Origin: Phaeosaccion multiseriatum
Taxonomy: Eukaryota > Protista > Ochrophyta, other classes
Assembly: GCA_965112735.1 (NCBI GenBank)
Contig: OZ218964.1
Location: 372,001 to 436,000 of the forward strand
Direction of reading: 5' to 3'
Length of the DNA stretch: 64,000 bases
Position 1 is the first letter of the stretch. Each line of letters opens with the position of its first letter. Under the pieces are notes generated by a model. It saw nothing but the letters and a program-made list of their open reading frames with translations, was not told the DNA's origin and searched no databases. Positions 62,174 through 64,000 of the stretch are shown in pieces. A program made the position numbers and the translations under genes.

Positions 62174-62434
62174 GGGGAGGGTCGGTGAGGGGAGGCGAAG
62201 AAGTGCGCTTAGAAGCGGAAGGGGGGCGACGCTACTCTGTGCTCTGTGCTCTGTGCTCTGTGCTCTGTGCTCTGTGCTCGACACTCACCGTGATGACCCG
62301 GACCTTCTGCTCGAAGAATTGGGGCACGCCCGGCAACACAAACACATTCTCGCACTGGAGAATGGGCCACTCCGCCTTGCCCTTGCCCGGAGACGGGAGA
62401 CGCAGCACAGCCCGCTCGGGCAGGAGAGCCATCT

Positions 62435-62467
<33 letters not shown>

Positions 62468-62870
62468 TGGTGGTACAGCAAGCATCAAGCAGCAGCAGGA
62501 CGGGGACACGCGCTTAGGAAAAGAGGACTTTTACAGTTACAGCTGACGGGGAAAAAAACAAGACAGCCACTGACCTTGAGCTGCGCCTCCGTGAGCCCCT
62601 TTTGGTCCTGCACCTTGAATGCCGTCACGAGCTTGCCGAGCATCTCCTCACTCTGTGTGATGGGCTGCCCCAGCGCCGCCCCCACGGCCTTGATGGTGAT
62701 GTCGTCGTGAGTGGGGCCGATGCCCCCCGAGGTCAGCACGATGTCGTAGGCCTGCGCCTGCTTGCGCACCTCAGCGGTTATGTCCTCGAGGGTGTCACAC
62801 ACCACAGTTACTCTCTGAGAGGGGAGGGGAGAGGGGCACCATGAGGGAGCATTGCCACAAATTGGAGGGC

Positions 62871-62904
<34 letters not shown>

Positions 62905-64000
62905 GGAGGAGGAGGAGGAGGAGGGGACGGGAGATGGGGGAACTCAGGGCAGCACGGGGGACGCTGGAGGGGGCGCTGGTAGTCTCTTGGTGCGGTAGGC
63001 GGGAAGGGGGCGGGCATAAAGGGGAGCGGTGGAGGCTTTTGGCTGGTCCCGGCACGAATAGCAAGAGAAATTCACAACCACGCGGATAACAAAGACATGA
63101 CCGATACCCGATACACCTGATAGTGTATGGTCCTACATGCACCTACCTGTATGGGGATGCCTCGCTTCCAGAAGGCCTCCGCCGCGAATTTGGTGTTTGA
63201 GTCGACGCACTTTCCCTTGAGAATCTCGTCCCCGACTATCACCAGCCCCACAGACTTGCAGCTCAACCGCCCGGGCCCTCCTGCGCATACAGACCCCAAG
63301 TTATCGCCGCAAGCAAGCGTCAAGGGACTCCACAAGAACGGATGAATGACGAGCTATCGTACTTGAGCAGAGGCAATACAGCAGCCTCCATGACTCTCCG
63401 TCCTGCCCTGCACGCCCCCAAGACCCACCTTCCCGCTTCTCCTCCTCCTCCTCCTCCTCTTGAGCAGGAGCCACAGCTTCAGCCTCGTCGTTCTTCTCGC
63501 CCTTCTTGAGCCGCCCAGCTCGCTCCAAGTCCCAATCCACAAGCATATGGGCTGGGTAGTATCCAGACCCGCCCGGCCGCTTGAGAGCTGCCGCAAATGA
63601 AGCGTGCCATAAGCACAAGCGAGTAGTACGTCCAATCCAAATAGGGGAGTGTGAACGAGGTGATGGAAGGCAGGGGAAGGCTGGTTTGGTCACGGGCCCC
63701 TTCTGTCACTCACTCCACTTACCTGGATTGGGTTGGGTGTCCTCCACAGAGCCCAGCGACGTGTAACCCTCGTCGTACAGCGAAGGGTACGGGAGCTTGA
63801 ACTTTCTCAGAAAGGTCCAAATCTGTCCGTAGTCCCAGTCGATGATGGGGTTGACGCGCATGAAAGGCGGCATCCAGTCGCTGCTCGGCGTAAAGGGCCC
63901 CTGCGTGCCGCAGTTGGGGTCCCCCTTCCTCGTCCCCAGGGTGAAGGCGAAGGTCCCGCCGCCCAGGTCGGACATGCATTGGGTCAGGCCCTGATTGGGG
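61657..64000 (-). CDS. FLAD1: FAD synthase, partial at the window edge: PAPS-reductase-type FMN adenylyltransferase followed by a C-terminal MoCF/CinA-like domain
   Basis: RVNPIIDWDYGQIWTFL...YPSLYDEGYTSLG, ERAGR, IVGDEILKGKCVDSN, TSGGIGPTHDDIT, NVFVLPGVP, FG|SYP. Confidence 0.92.

Overview
Gene-dense, intron-rich, GC-rich eukaryotic nuclear DNA. It is most likely an ochrophyte alga of eustigmatophyte type, inferred from bipartite ASAFAP-like plastid presequences, microsatellite-filled introns and ciliary genes. Fifteen genes can be spliced by hand, in order: JHY-like (+); two tandem two-pore channels (-); two tandem bacterial-type GSDH/PKD surface proteins (+); PAP-fibrillin (-); plastid YchF (+); LRRIQ1-like (-); DRP1/Dnm1-type dynamin (+); METTL23-like (+); lumenal FKBP (-); plastid SANT-like protein (-); MCM3 (-); DcpS (-); and a partial FAD synthase (-). 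Five observations stand out. (1) The surface proteins look like chimeras of an actinobacterial-style PQQ-type sugar dehydrogenase/PKD core with a eukaryotic Cys-rich, mucin and TM tail, and one copy has an in-frame TAG just before its anchor. (2) Two unrelated MITE families share 5'-TCG...CGA-3' termini and 6-bp target duplications. (3) A 15-nt motif (GCAGTTGGTGATACA) is dispersed inside coding CAG runs in different frames and strands. (4) The two TPC paralogs differ at the selectivity filter (VNN vs MNN). (5) Both tandem pairs show patchy gene conversion and reciprocal intron gain/loss. All family assignments come from motif recognition only; no database search was run.
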